Shown one piece after another: positions 20,865 through 32,273 of a stretch of DNA of 32,273 nt. Numbering within the stretch: position 1 is the stretch's first letter; every line of letters begins with the position of its first letter. Made by a program: the position numbers and the translations under genes. Origin of the DNA: Eremomyces bilateralis CBS 781.70 (Eukaryota); NCBI GenBank assembly GCA_010015585.1, contig ML975197.1. One strand, given 5' to 3'. A model generated the notes under the pieces. That model made no database searches. It saw only the letters and a program-made list of their open reading frames with translations, and was not told the origin of the DNA.

Positions 20865-23570
20865 GAGTTATAGAAGGTCAGACGAAGTAGTAAGACGAAG
20901 GGGCAAGACCATACACGCAAGACCAAGAAACAAGATGAAGAGGTAAGATGAAGAACACGATAAAAGAGCAGGACCACGCAGCAAGACCACGCATTAAGGC
21001 GAAGAATCAAGACGAAGGAGCAAGACGATGCAGCAAGACGACGCAGCAAGACGAAGAAGTAAGACCATACAGAAAGACGACGGAGCAAGACGAAGGAGTA
21101 CGACCACGCAGCAAGACGAAGGAGCAAGATGAAGGCACAAGACGAAGGAGCAAGACGAATAAGTAAGACGACGCAACAAGACGATGTAGCAAGACGAAAG
21201 GGCAAGGCGGCGCAGCAAGACGAGGAAATAAGACGAAGAAGCAAGACGAGGACGCAAGACTATAGAGCAAGACGACGCAGTAAGACGAAGGAGCCAGATG
21301 AAGAAGCCAGACGAAGGAGCGAGAATATAGAATAAGACGACGCAGCGAGACGATACAGCGAGACGAAGGGAGATGAATTGAGACGAAGACGTAAGACGAC
21401 AGAGCGAGAGGAAGGAACAAAACCACGGAGTAAGACGAAGAAGCAGGACAATGGAGCAAGACAAAGCCAGACAATAGAGCAAGACAAAGCCAGACGAATA
21501 AGTAAGGCAACGCAGCAAGACGAAGGAGCAAGACGATAGAGTAAGACGATGGGGCAAGACGATAGAGGAAGACAATAGAGTAAGACGAAGAAGTAAGATA
21601 AAGACGTAAGACAAAGAAGTAAGACGAAGGAGTACGACGATGCAGTAAGGCGAAGAGGCAAGACCACGCATTAAGACGAAGAAGCAAGACGAAGAAGCAA
21701 GACGAAGAAGCAAGGCGAAGAAGCAAGACGAAGAAGCAAGACGAAGAAGCAAGACGAAGAAGCAAGACGAAGAAGCAAGACGACACAGCAAGACGAAGAA
21801 GTAAGACTACACAGGAAGACGAAGGAGCAAGACGAAAGAGTACGACTACACGGTAAGACTAAGGAGTAAGATGAAGGTACAAGACGAAGGAGCAAGACGA
21901 ATAAGTAAGACGACGCTACAAGATGACACAGCTGGACGACGCCATAAGACGACGCAGCTAGACGACGCAGCAAGACGATAAAGATAAAGCCAGACGAAGG
22001 AACTAGACGAAGGAGCTAGGCGAATAAGTAAGGCGACGCAGCAAGACGAAGGAGCAAGACCATAGAGTAAGGCGACGCTATAAGACGATGCAGCGAGACG
22101 AAGGAGCAAGACGACGCAGCAAGAAGAAGAAGTAAGACCACACAGAAAGACGAAGGAGCAAGACGAAGGAGCAAGACGAAGAAGCAAGACGAATAAGTAA
22201 GACGACGCAATAAGACAAAATGGCAAGGCGGCGTAGCAAGACGAGGAAGCAAGACGAAGGAGCAAGACGAGGACGCAAGACCATAGAGCAAGACCATAGA
22301 GCAAGACGACCCAGTAAGACGAAAGAGCCAGATGAAGAAGCAAGATGATAGAGCAAGACGATGGAGCAAGACAATGGAGAAGGACGATGGAGTAAGACGA
22401 TGGAGCAGGATGATGGAGCAAGACGATGGAGGAAGACGATAGAGCAAGATGATGGAGCAAGACGATGGAGGAAGATGATGGAGCAAGACGATGAAGGAAG
22501 ACGATGGAGCAAGATAATGGAGAAGGACGATGGAGCAAGACTATGGAGCAAGACGATGGAGCAGGATGATGGAGCAAGACGATAGAGCAAGACGAAGAAG
22601 CAAGGCCACCCAGGAAGACGAAGGAGCAAGACGATGGAGCAAGATGATGGAGCAAGACGAAGAAGCAAGATGAAGAGGTAAGACAAAGAAGCAAGACGAA
22701 GGAGTACGACGACACAGCAAGGCGAAGAAGCAATACCACGCAGCAAGACGACGCAGTAAGACAAAGGAGCCAGATGAAGGAGCAAGATTACCCAACACGA
22801 TAGAGGAGCAAGATCACGCAGCAGGACCACGCAGCAACGCCACGTATTAAGACGAAGAAACAAGACGAAGGAGCAAGGCGACGCAGCCAGACGATGGAGC
22901 ACGATGACGCAGTAAGACGAAGAAGCAGGACCACGCAGGAGGACGAAGGAGCAAGACGAAGAAGCAGGACGATGGAGCAAAACAAAGCCAGACGATGGAG
23001 CAAGACAAAGCCAGACGATGGAGCTAGACGAAGGAGCCAGTCGAATAAGTAAGGCGACGCAGCAAGACGAAGGAGCAAGACCATAGAGTAAGACGACGCT
23101 ACAAGACGATGCAGCGAGACGAAGGAGCAAGACCATAGAGTAAGACGACGCTACAAGACGATGCAGCGAGACGAAGGAGCAAGGCGACGCAGCAAGACGA
23201 AGGAGGAAGACGAAAGAGCAAGACCATAGAGTAAGGCGACGNNNNNNNNNNNNNNNNNNNNNNNNNNNNNNNNNNNNNNNNNNNNNNNNNNNNNNNNNNN
23301 NCAGCGAGACGAAGGAGCAAGGCGACGCAGCAAGACGAAGGAGGAAGACGAAAGAGCAAGACCATAGAGTAAGGCGACGTAGCAAGATGATACAGCGAGA
23401 CGAAGAAGCAAGACCATAGAGTAAGGCAACGCAGCAAGACGATGCAGCGAGACGAAGGAACAAGACCGTAGAGCACGACGCCGCAACAAGACGATACAAC
23501 AAGACAAATGAGCAAGACGACGCAGCACGATGATAGAGCCAAATGAAGGGTCCAGACGAAGGAGCAAGAA
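20865..23570. repeat. 13-bp variant minisatellite array, consensus about GANNNAGYAAGAC, roughly 200 units
   Basis: Variants GAAGAAGCAAGAC (homogeneous run ~21678-21781), GATGGAGCAAGAC (~22350-22650), GAAGGAGCAAGAC, GACGCAGCAAGAC, CATAGAGYAAGAC, GAATAAGTAAGAC. Assembly gap 23242-23301. Confidence 0.92.
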
Positions 23571-23659
23571 TTTCAGGAGGATAGGGAGTAAGGGAGGAGT
23601 GCGGTTGTGAAGGCTGCGAAGTTGTAGGGAGGAATTTGCCATGTTGGTGGATTGCGGCA

Positions 23660-25040
23660 ATTGGAAGAGATCAGGCGACGATGGCGATAATGCGACGAGA
23701 TGAAGGGAAGATAGACGGCCACAACGAACAAGTTAAGAGTTACAATTTACACAAAACAAAAGATTAGCATCCGCAGAAGGACGTGGAAAGGTACCAAATA
23801 TTTAGCAGAGGCTGGGGAATTGGTGATTGGTGGTAAAGGTGGCGGCATAGTAGGAGAGATGGCAACAATGCGACGAGACCCAGGGAAGATAGACAGCTAC
23901 AACGAACGAGTTAAGAGTTGTAATTTGCATAAGTCGAATAGATAGCATCCGCATAAGGCCATGGAAAGGCACCAAATGTTCGTTAGAGGCTGAGGGAGTG
24001 GTGATTGGTGGCAAAGGTAGTATAGTGGTGGGAGAGATAGTAACAAGACGACGAGATGAAAGGAACGTGGATAGCCACAACGAACGACTTAAGAGCTATA
24101 ATTTACATGAAACGAAAGATTGGCATCCCGATAATGCCATAGAAAGGTGTAGAATGTTTATTCAAGTGTGAAGCGCTGGTGGTTGGCGGCAAAGGTGGCG
24201 GCGTGGTAGGAGAGATGGCAGCAAGACGGCAAGGCAAGGGAGCATAGACAGCCACAACGAACGAGTTAAGAGGTATGATAGGTATGAAACAAAAGGTTAG
24301 CATCCGCACAAGGACGTGGTAAGGTATCAAATGTTTAGTAGAAGCTGGGGAATTGGTGATTGGTGGCAAAGATGGCGGCATAGTGGGAGAGACGGCAACA
24401 ATGCAACGAGATCAAGGGAAGATGGATAGCCACAATGAACGAGTTAAGAGTTATAATTAGTATAAAATAAAAATATAGCATCCGACCAAGAGCATAGATA
24501 AGCACCAAATTTTTATTAGAGGCCGAGGAGTTGGTGGTGCGTAGGAAAAGATGGTAATATAGAGAGAGACATGGCAGTAATACAAGTTCAAAGGAAGATG
24601 CACAGCCACAACGAACGAGTTAAGAGTTACAATAAGCATAAAACGAAAGGTCAGCATCCGAACATGGCCATAGAAAGGTGCATAATGTTTATTAGAGGCT
24701 GAAGGATTGGTGGTTGGTGGTAAGGGTAGTAGCATGGTAGGAGAGATGGCGACAAGACGACGAGATCGAGGGAAGATGGACAGCCACGACGACAAGATCA
24801 AGGGAATATGGACAGCCACAACGACGAGATCGAGGGAAGATGGACAGCCANNNNNNNNNNNNNNNNNNNNNNNNNNNNNNNNNNNNNNNNNNNNNNNNNN
24901 NNNNNNNNNNNNNNNNNNNNACGACGAGATCGAGGGAAGATGGACAGCCACGACGACGAGATCGAGGGAAGATGGACATCCACGACGACGAGATCGAGGG
25001 AAGATGGACAGCCACAACGAACGAGTTAAGAGTTACAAGA
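23660..25040. repeat. ~178-bp tandem repeat (about 7 diverged units) with an amplified 32-bp subunit in the last unit
   Basis: ACAACGAACGAGTTAAGAG-like core at 23721, 23899, 24077, 24254, 24432, 24608 and 25014. 32-bp CGACGACGAGATCGAGGGAAGATGGACAGCCA repeats at ~24755-25014 (gap 24851-24920). Confidence 0.92.
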
Positions 25041-28000
25041 AGGGAAGAAGAGGGAGAAGTTAGAGGGAGAATTAAGAATAAAGAATGGAGAAAGGCGATA
25101 AATAATGAGACGGAGGAATAAAGTAGAAGTAGGAAGTAGGAAGTAAGAACGAGAAAGGGAAAATGTGGATAGAAGAGTAAAGGAAGAGGGGAGGAGGAGA
25201 AAAGGAGGAATAGAGTAGGAGAAAGTATATAGGAAGAGAGGGAACGGGGGAAGGAAGTAGGAGAGAGAGGTAAAAAGTAGGAAAGAAGATGGAAGAAGGA
25301 GGAGGAGAAAGGGAGAAGGAGAAGGGGAGAAGGAGAAGGAGAGAAGGAGAAGGAGAAAGGGAGAAGGAGAGAAGGAGAAGGAGAAAGGGAGAAGGAGAGA
25401 AGGAGAAGGGGAGAAGGAGAAGGAGAGAAGGAGTAGGAGAAAAGGAGAAGGAGAAGGGGAGAAGGAGAAGGAGAGAAGGAGTAGGAGAAAAGGAGAAGGA
25501 GAGAAGGAGAAGGAGAAAGGGAGAGGGAGAGAAGGGGAATGGTAGAAGGAGAAGGAGAGAAGGAGTAGGAGAAAGGGAGAAGGAGAAAAGGAGAAGGAGA
25601 AAGGGAGAATGGTAGAAGGAGAAGGAGAGAAGGAGAAGGAGAAAGGGAGAATGGTAGAAGGAGAAGGAGAGAAGGAGAAGGAGAAAGGGAGAAGGAGAAA
25701 GAAGGAGAAGGAAGGGAGAAGGAGAAAGGGAGAAGGAGAAGGAAGGGAGAAGGAGGTAGGATAAAGTAAAAAGTAAAAAGGGAGAAGCACGGAGGGAAGA
25801 AGGGAGAAAAGAGAAGGAGGAAGTAGTAGGAAGGGAAGAGGACGTAGCAGGAAGGGAGAAGGAAGTAGGATAAAGTAAAAAGTAAAAAGGCAGAAGTAGG
25901 AAGTAGGAAGGAAGGAATAAAGGAAGAAGCTAGAAGTAGGAAGAGACGTAGCGAAGAGGTAAGAAGGGAGAAACAGGTAGTAGGAATTAAGAAGAAAGAA
26001 AGCGTGTGGTATGTTAATGGGAGAGGTATAGTAGAAAGCATATGGTGTATTGAAGGAAGCATATAGAAGAAGGCGTATGGTGTATTAAAGGAAGTGTGTT
26101 AAGGGAAGCGTGTGGATGGAAGTGTGCAATGGATTGAGAGAAGCGTGTAATGAATTGAAGGAAGCGTATAATGAATTGAAGGAAGCGTGTGGTGTATTGA
26201 GGGAAGCGTTTGGTGTATTAATAGGAAGCGTATAATGGATTGAAGGGTTTTATAGAGGGAAAGAGAAAGGAGAGAAGTGGGGAGAGAGAAGTAGAAAGAT
26301 AAGAAGAGGGGAGGAAGAGGGGAGAAGGGGAAGGAGAAGTAAGAGGGTTGTATAAGGAGAGTAGAAGGAGAAAAGTGAAGGAAGTAAGAGGGTTGTATGA
26401 GGAGAGGAGAAGGGAGAAAAGAGAAGGAGAAGAAAGGAGGAGAAGAATAAAAGATGGAAGGTATGAAAGAGAGGAAGAACGAAAGAGGGATGAATAAGAA
26501 GAAGGAAAAAGAGAAAGAGGGGAGGAATGAGAAGAGTATAATAGATAGGAAGAGTATGATGGATGGGAGAAGCATAATAGATGGGAGGAGTATGATGGAT
26601 AGGAGGAGTATAATGAATAGGAGGAGAATAATCAATGGAAGAGTATGATAGATTAAAGGCTTTAATAGATAGGAGGAGTGTAATTAATGGGAAGAGTATA
26701 TGGGATAGGACGAGTATATAGATTGAAAGGTTTAATAGATAGAAGGGAGGAAGGAGAGGAGAAGTAAAAGGTAGGAGGAATGAGAAGGAGGAATGAGAAG
26801 GAGGAATAAGAAGGAGGAATGAGAAGGAGGAATAAGAAGGAGGAATAAGAAGAAGGAAAGTGGAAAGGAGAAGGGAGAAGTAAAAAGGAGACGTGGGGTG
26901 AAAAAAGAGAGCAGTAAGAAGAAGAAGTGGGAAAGATGTGTATATTAATGATAGGAGTATGATGAATAGGAATGGATAGGAGTATGATTAATAGGAAGGG
27001 TATAATGGATGTGAAGTGTATAATGGGTATGAAGAGCGTTGTAATGGGAGAAGTGAGAAGGAGGAGTTAAGAAGGGAGAGTAGGAGGAAGTAGGAAGGTA
27101 GAGAGGAAAAGGGAGGGATAAGAAGGGATAAGAAGGGATAAGAAGGGATAAGAAGGGATAAGAAGGGATGAGAAATGAGATAGAAGAAATGAGGTAGAGA
27201 AATGGGAAGTGGGAAGGGAAGTAAAAGAGGAGAGGAATGAGAAGAAGGAAAAGGAGAAGAGAAAGAAGAGGGAAGTAAGAAGTGGAAAGGAGAAGGGAGT
27301 GTGTATAAATGGGAGGGTATGGTAGATATATTGAGAGAAGAAGGAGGAATGAAGTTGGAGGGGTTATAGGAGGTAGAAAGAAGTAAAAAGGGAGATAAGA
27401 AGGGAGGAAGAGAGGGAGAAGAGAAGGAGGAAGAGAGGAGAAGAGAAGGGAGGAAGAGAGGAGAAGAGAAGGGAGGAAGAGAGGAGAAGAGAAGGGAGGA
27501 AGAGAGGAGAAGAGAAGGGANNNNNNNNNNAGGAGAAGAGAAGGGAGGAAGAGAGGAGAAGAGAAGGGAGGAAGAGAGGAGAAGAGAAGGGAGGAAGAGA
27601 GGAGAAGAGAAGGGAGGAAGAGAGGGAGAAGTGGGAAGGTAGGGAGATAGGAGAGGTGAGGAGATGGGAAGGAGATAAGATAGAAGAGGTGAAGAAATGA
27701 GAAGGAAGTAAGAAGGAAGAAGGGAGAGAGTGATCGAAGAAGAGAAAGGAGATAGAAAAGGGGAAATAGAAGTATAAGAAGGGGAAGTAAGAGGGAGAAG
27801 TAAGATAGAAAAAGTGAGAATAAGGAAGAAGGAAGAAGGAAGGAAGAAGTAGAAATAGGAGGAAGAGGAATAAAGTGAGAGGAAGAGAGGAGAAAAGAGA
27901 AGGAAGTGGAATAAAGGAGAAGAAATAGAATAGGAGGAATAAAGGAGAAGGAATAGGAAGGGGGAGAAAGAGAGAACGGAAAGAAGGAGTAAGAGAGAAA

Positions 28001-31000
28001 GGAAAGAAGGAGTAAAAGAGTGGAGGAAGAGGGAGAAATAGGAATAGAATAGGAAGGGGAGGAAAGAGAGAAAGGAAGAGAGGAAAAGTAAAATAGAGAA
28101 GTAGGAAGAAAAGGAGGAAGAAAAGAAGAAGAGAGGGAAGAGAGATAGAGAAAAGGAGAAGTAAGAAGGGGAAGTAAGAGGGAAAGTAAAGGAGAAGAGA
28201 GAATAGAGAAGGAGAAGAGAGGATAAAGAAGGAGAAGAGAGAATGAAGAGGGAGAAGAGAGAATGCAGTAGCAGAGAGAATGAAGGAGAAGAGAGAATGA
28301 AGAAGAAGAGGGAATGAAGAAGGAGAAGTAAGAAGAAGAGGGAATAAAGAAGGAGAAGTAAGAAGAAGAGGGAATGAAGAAGGAGGAGGAAAGGGAGGAA
28401 GAGTAGAGAAGGAGGGAAGAGGAGGGAAGTAGAAGGAAAAGTAGAGAAGGAGGGAAGAAGAGGGAAGGAGGAGGAAAAGTAGAGAAGGAGGAAGGAAGAA
28501 GAGGGAAGGAGGAGGAAAGGGAGGAGATGTAAGAGGGTGGGGGAAGAAAGAAAAGGAGAAAATGAGAAAGAGAAGAGAGAAAAGAGATAGAAGGGGAAGT
28601 AAGAGGGAGAAGTGTGATAGAAGTGTGATAGAAGAAGTGTAAATAAGGAAGTAGGAAGAAGGGGGAGAAAGAGAAAGAAAGGAAGGAGTAAAAGAGTAGA
28701 GGAAGAGGGAGAAGTAGGGAGAAAGGATGAGGAATAGAATAAGCGGAATAAAGGAGGGAGGAAATAGGAAGGGGAGAAAAGAGAGAAAGGAAGAAAGAAA
28801 GAGTTGAATAGAGAAGTAAGAAGGAAGGGAGGAAGGGAAGGAGAAGGAGAAGGGAAAGGGAGAGATGGGAAGAAGAAGGGAAAGGGAGAGATGGGAAGAA
28901 GAAGGGAAAGGGAGAGATGGGAAGAAGAAGGGAAAGGGAGAGATGGGAAGAAGAAGGAAAAGGGAGAGATGGGAAGAAGAAGGGAATGGGAGAGATGGGA
29001 AGAAGAAGGAGAAGGGAATGGGAGAGATGGGAAGAAGAAGGAGAAGGAAAAGGGAGAGATGGGAAGAAGAAGGAGAATGAAAAGGGAGAGATGGGAAGAA
29101 GAAGGAGAAGTAAGAGGGGAAAGTAAGAGGAGAAGAAAAGAGAAGAGTGAATGAAGAAGGAGAAGTAAGAAGAAGAGAGAAATAGAAGAGAGGAAAAGGA
29201 GAAGGGAGAAGGAAATTTTGGATAGAAAGTATATTATGAATTGGAAGAGTATTATAGATTGAGGAAAGATATTATAGGATGGATTGTAGGATTGGGGAAG
29301 AAGAGAGGAATTGTATTAGTAGAAGAGTTAATAGGTTGATATATTATATGATTGTAGGATTTAAGGAAGAGGGAGGAATAAGTAGTAGGTAAAGGAGAGG
29401 AGGGAGGAAGAGTAAGAAAGGGAGAGGAAGAGGAAGAAAGAGGGAGGAAGAGGAAGAAAGGGAGTAGAAGGGTAAGAAAGGGAGGAGAAGGGTAAGAAAG
29501 TGAGATGAAGAGGAAGAAGAGGGAAAGGAGGGGGAATTGAGAAGGAGAAGTAGGATAAGAGGGAGAATGGTAAAGGTAAAGGATAAGGGAATAGTATATT
29601 AATGAAAGAATATGGGTTGTAAGTATAGGATTGAGGTGGAGGAGTAGTTTAGATTGAAGGGATTTGGAGAGAGGAGGTGTATTAGAGATTGAAGGGATTA
29701 GAAGAGGGAAGTATATTATGGAGGTTGTTGGGAAGTATATAAAGGATAGTAGAAAGAGAAGTATATATTTAATGGGAGGTAGTTAAGGAGTAATGGGAAG
29801 TATAGAAGGTAGAAATAAAGAAGGAAGTAGATTATAAATTGTAAGGAAGTATATGGAGGATAGATAGGAAGTATATGAAGAAGAAAGGGGTTATATAGGG
29901 ATTATAAGAGGGAAGTAAGAAAAAGAGAAAATAAGTTGGGAATAAAGGAAGAATTATAGGAAGTAGAGATTGGGAAGGAAGTAGTATAGGAAGTAGAGAT
30001 TGGGAAGGAAGTAGTATAGNNNNNNNNNNTATAGGAAGTAGAGATTGGGAAGGAAGTAGTATAGGAAGTAGAGATTGGGAAGGAAGTAGTATAGAGGGAA
30101 GTATAGAGTGTAATAATAGAGAGGATAGTAATAGAAAGAAGAGGTTGTAGGTTGTATATTGGGGGGGGTATGTGGAGTGTTAAAGAAGTATGTTAATAGA
30201 AGGGAATGGAGTAATAGGTTGTATGTGGTGTATTAGATAAGGGTACGGGATGATAGAAAGAGGAGAATGAAAAGGATAGAGAGGATTAATAGAAAGAGGG
30301 ATGGATGTTAAGGAGAAGTGTATAGTATATGAGAGAAAAGTGTATAGAATATGAGGAAAGGGTAGAAAGGTATAAGGTGTTAATAGAAAGTAGGTAAAGT
30401 GTTGGAGTTTGGTATAAAAGAGTATGGTATAAAAGAGAATGGGAGGGAAAGTGGTTAATATTAGAGGGAAGTATATGTTGTATGAATAGAGAGGATATTA
30501 ATAGAGAGGGTAGAAGGAATATTAATAGAGGGAATAGAAGAGTATAGGAGGTAAATAGAAGAGTATATGATAGAAGGGTATAGGATAGAAGAGTATAAGA
30601 TATTGATAGAAAGAGTGTAGTATAGAAAGTAAAGAGTATAATAATAGAAAGTGGATAGTATATTATTAGGAAAGTATAGGTTGAGGATTAATAGAGAGAG
30701 TTGTATAGGAGAGGGAAGTATAATATATTAAAGGGAAAGGGTATGTTATGTTAATAGAGAGGATAGAAGATGTTAATAGAAAGGAGATTAAAGAAAGGGT
30801 AGAGGGGTATTAATAGAAAGAGTATAGGATATTAGAAGAAAGAGTAGAGGATATTAGAAGAAAGAGTAGAGGATATTAGAAGAAAGAGTAGAGGATATTA
30901 GAAGAAAGAGTAGAGGATATNNNNNNNNNNNNNNNNNNNNNNNNNNNNNNNNNNNNNNNNNNNNNNNNNNNNNNNNNNNNNNNNNNNNNNNNNNNNNNNN

Positions 31001-32273
31001 NNNNNNNNNNNNNNNNNNNNNNNNNNNNNNNNNNNNNNNNNNNNNNNNNNNNNNNNNNNNNNNNNNNNNNNNNNNNNNNNNNNNNNNNNNNNNNNNNNNN
31101 NNNNNNNNNNNNNNNNNNNNNNNNNNNNNNNNNNNNNNNNNNNNNNNNNNNNNNNNNNNNNNNNNNNNNNNNNNNNNNNNNNNNNNNNNNNNNNNNNNNN
31201 NNNNNNNNNNNNNNNNNNNNNNNNNNNNNNNNNNNNNNNNNNNNNNNNNNNNNNNNNNNNNNNNNNNNNNNNNNNNNNNNNNNNNNNNNNNNNNNNNNNN
31301 NNNNNNNNNNNNNNNNNNNNNNNNNNNNNNNNNNNNNNNNAGGATATTAGAAGAAAGAGTAGAGGATATTAGAAGAAAGAGTAGAGGATATTAGAAGAAA
31401 GAGTAGAGGATATTAGAAGAAAGAGTAGAGGATATTAAAAGAAAAGAAGTAGTATGTTAATGGAAGAGGGTAGAATATAGGAGGGAAAGTGTAGTGTAGA
31501 AGAGGAAAGTATAGTAGAGGAAGAAAAGTAGAGTAGAGGAGAAAAGGATATGATATATTAGAGGAAAGGATAGAGTGTATTAATAGAGAGGATAGTAATA
31601 GAAAGGAGAAGTTGTAGGTTGGATATTAGAGAGAAGTATGTGGAGTGTTAGAGAGAAGTATATAATAAATGATTAGGAAGTGTGTAGAGTGTGAATAGAA
31701 GTATTTTAATAGAATGGAAGAAAGTAGAGTAAAAGGTTGGATATGTGTATTGAAGAGAAGTGTAAGTATGTTAAAGATGTTGTAGAGGTAGTATGTGGTG
31801 TAATAAAGAGAAGTGAAATATTAGGAGAGATTAGAGGTAGTATAGAGGGTGTTAATAGGAGGATATTAATAGAAAGGAAGTGGTATATTAGATAAGTTTA
31901 TTGGATGAATAGGAGTATATTAGTAGAAGGAAGTGGTTGTTATAATAAGTGTATAGGATGAATAGGAGTATATTAATGGAAGGAAGTGGTTGTTGTGATA
32001 AGTGTATAGGATGAATAAGAGTATATTAATGGAAGGAAGTGGTTGTTGTGATAAGTGTATAGGATGAATAGAAGTACATTAATAGAAGGAAGTGGTATAT
32101 TAGATAAGTATATAGGATGAATAGAAGTATATTAATAGAAGGAAGTGATATATTAGATAAGTATATAGGATGTTAATAGAAAGGGTAGAATGAAAAGGAT
32201 ATAGAGGATTGATAGAAGGGTAGAATGAAAAGGATATAGAGGATTGATTGAAGGGTAGAATGAAAAGGATATA
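25040..32273. repeat. Purine-rich, C-depleted low-complexity domain made of many short tandem arrays (probable distal subtelomere)
   Basis: GGAGAA variants 25290-25760; 21-bp ~26100-26245; 18-bp ~26530-26650; 10-bp AGAAGGGATA ~27111-27170; 23-bp ~27410-27630; 26-bp ~28852-29100; 30-bp ~29955-30093; 22-bp ~30826-31440; 53-bp ~31875-32170; 35-bp 32181-32273. N gaps fall within the arrays. Confidence 0.9.

Noticed and set aside
23660..25040. CRISPR-like appearance of a regularly spaced conserved core
   Set aside because: The intervening ~150-bp segments are homologous to each other, the context is eukaryotic and there are no cas genes.
20861..26635. Long minus-strand ORFs rich in L/S/F/P (up to 474 aa) and plus-strand E/K/R/G-rich ORFs
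   Set aside because: They are by-products of skewed repeats: several frames are open at once, the unit lengths (13, 32, 178 bp) are not multiples of 3, and some ORFs span N gaps.
25040..32273. Canonical telomere (TTAGGG)n
   Set aside because: No such array is visible, so the subtelomeric location is inferred rather than shown.

Overview
This is a eukaryotic, very probably filamentous-ascomycete, window that looks like the approach to a chromosome end. From left to right it holds: (1) the 3' end of a gene with near-identical 99-bp ankyrin repeats, resembling a fungal NLR; (2) a 1.3-kb Tc1/impala-like DD34E transposon; (3) a Tad1-like LINE broken inside its RNase H domain by (4) a chromovirus-type Ty3/Gypsy LTR element with a self-priming PBS, a -1 frameshift signal and several TAG nonsense mutations. 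The 3' LTR stops 4 bp short at 15212 and the LINE does not resume. A different block follows: (5) an intact 1597-aa telomere-linked RecQ helicase (TLH)-type gene and (6) over 11 kb of strand-asymmetric tandem arrays that become almost cytosine-free on the + strand. The most interesting signal is that the central region of the TLH protein carries a correctly ordered tyrosine-recombinase-like catalytic set (R723, K758/K767, R846, H887, Y896) fused to the helicase. With the sharp left junction and the downstream arrays, this suggests a recombinase-helicase element that captures or maintains chromosome ends. This is motif-level inference; no database or structure search was run.
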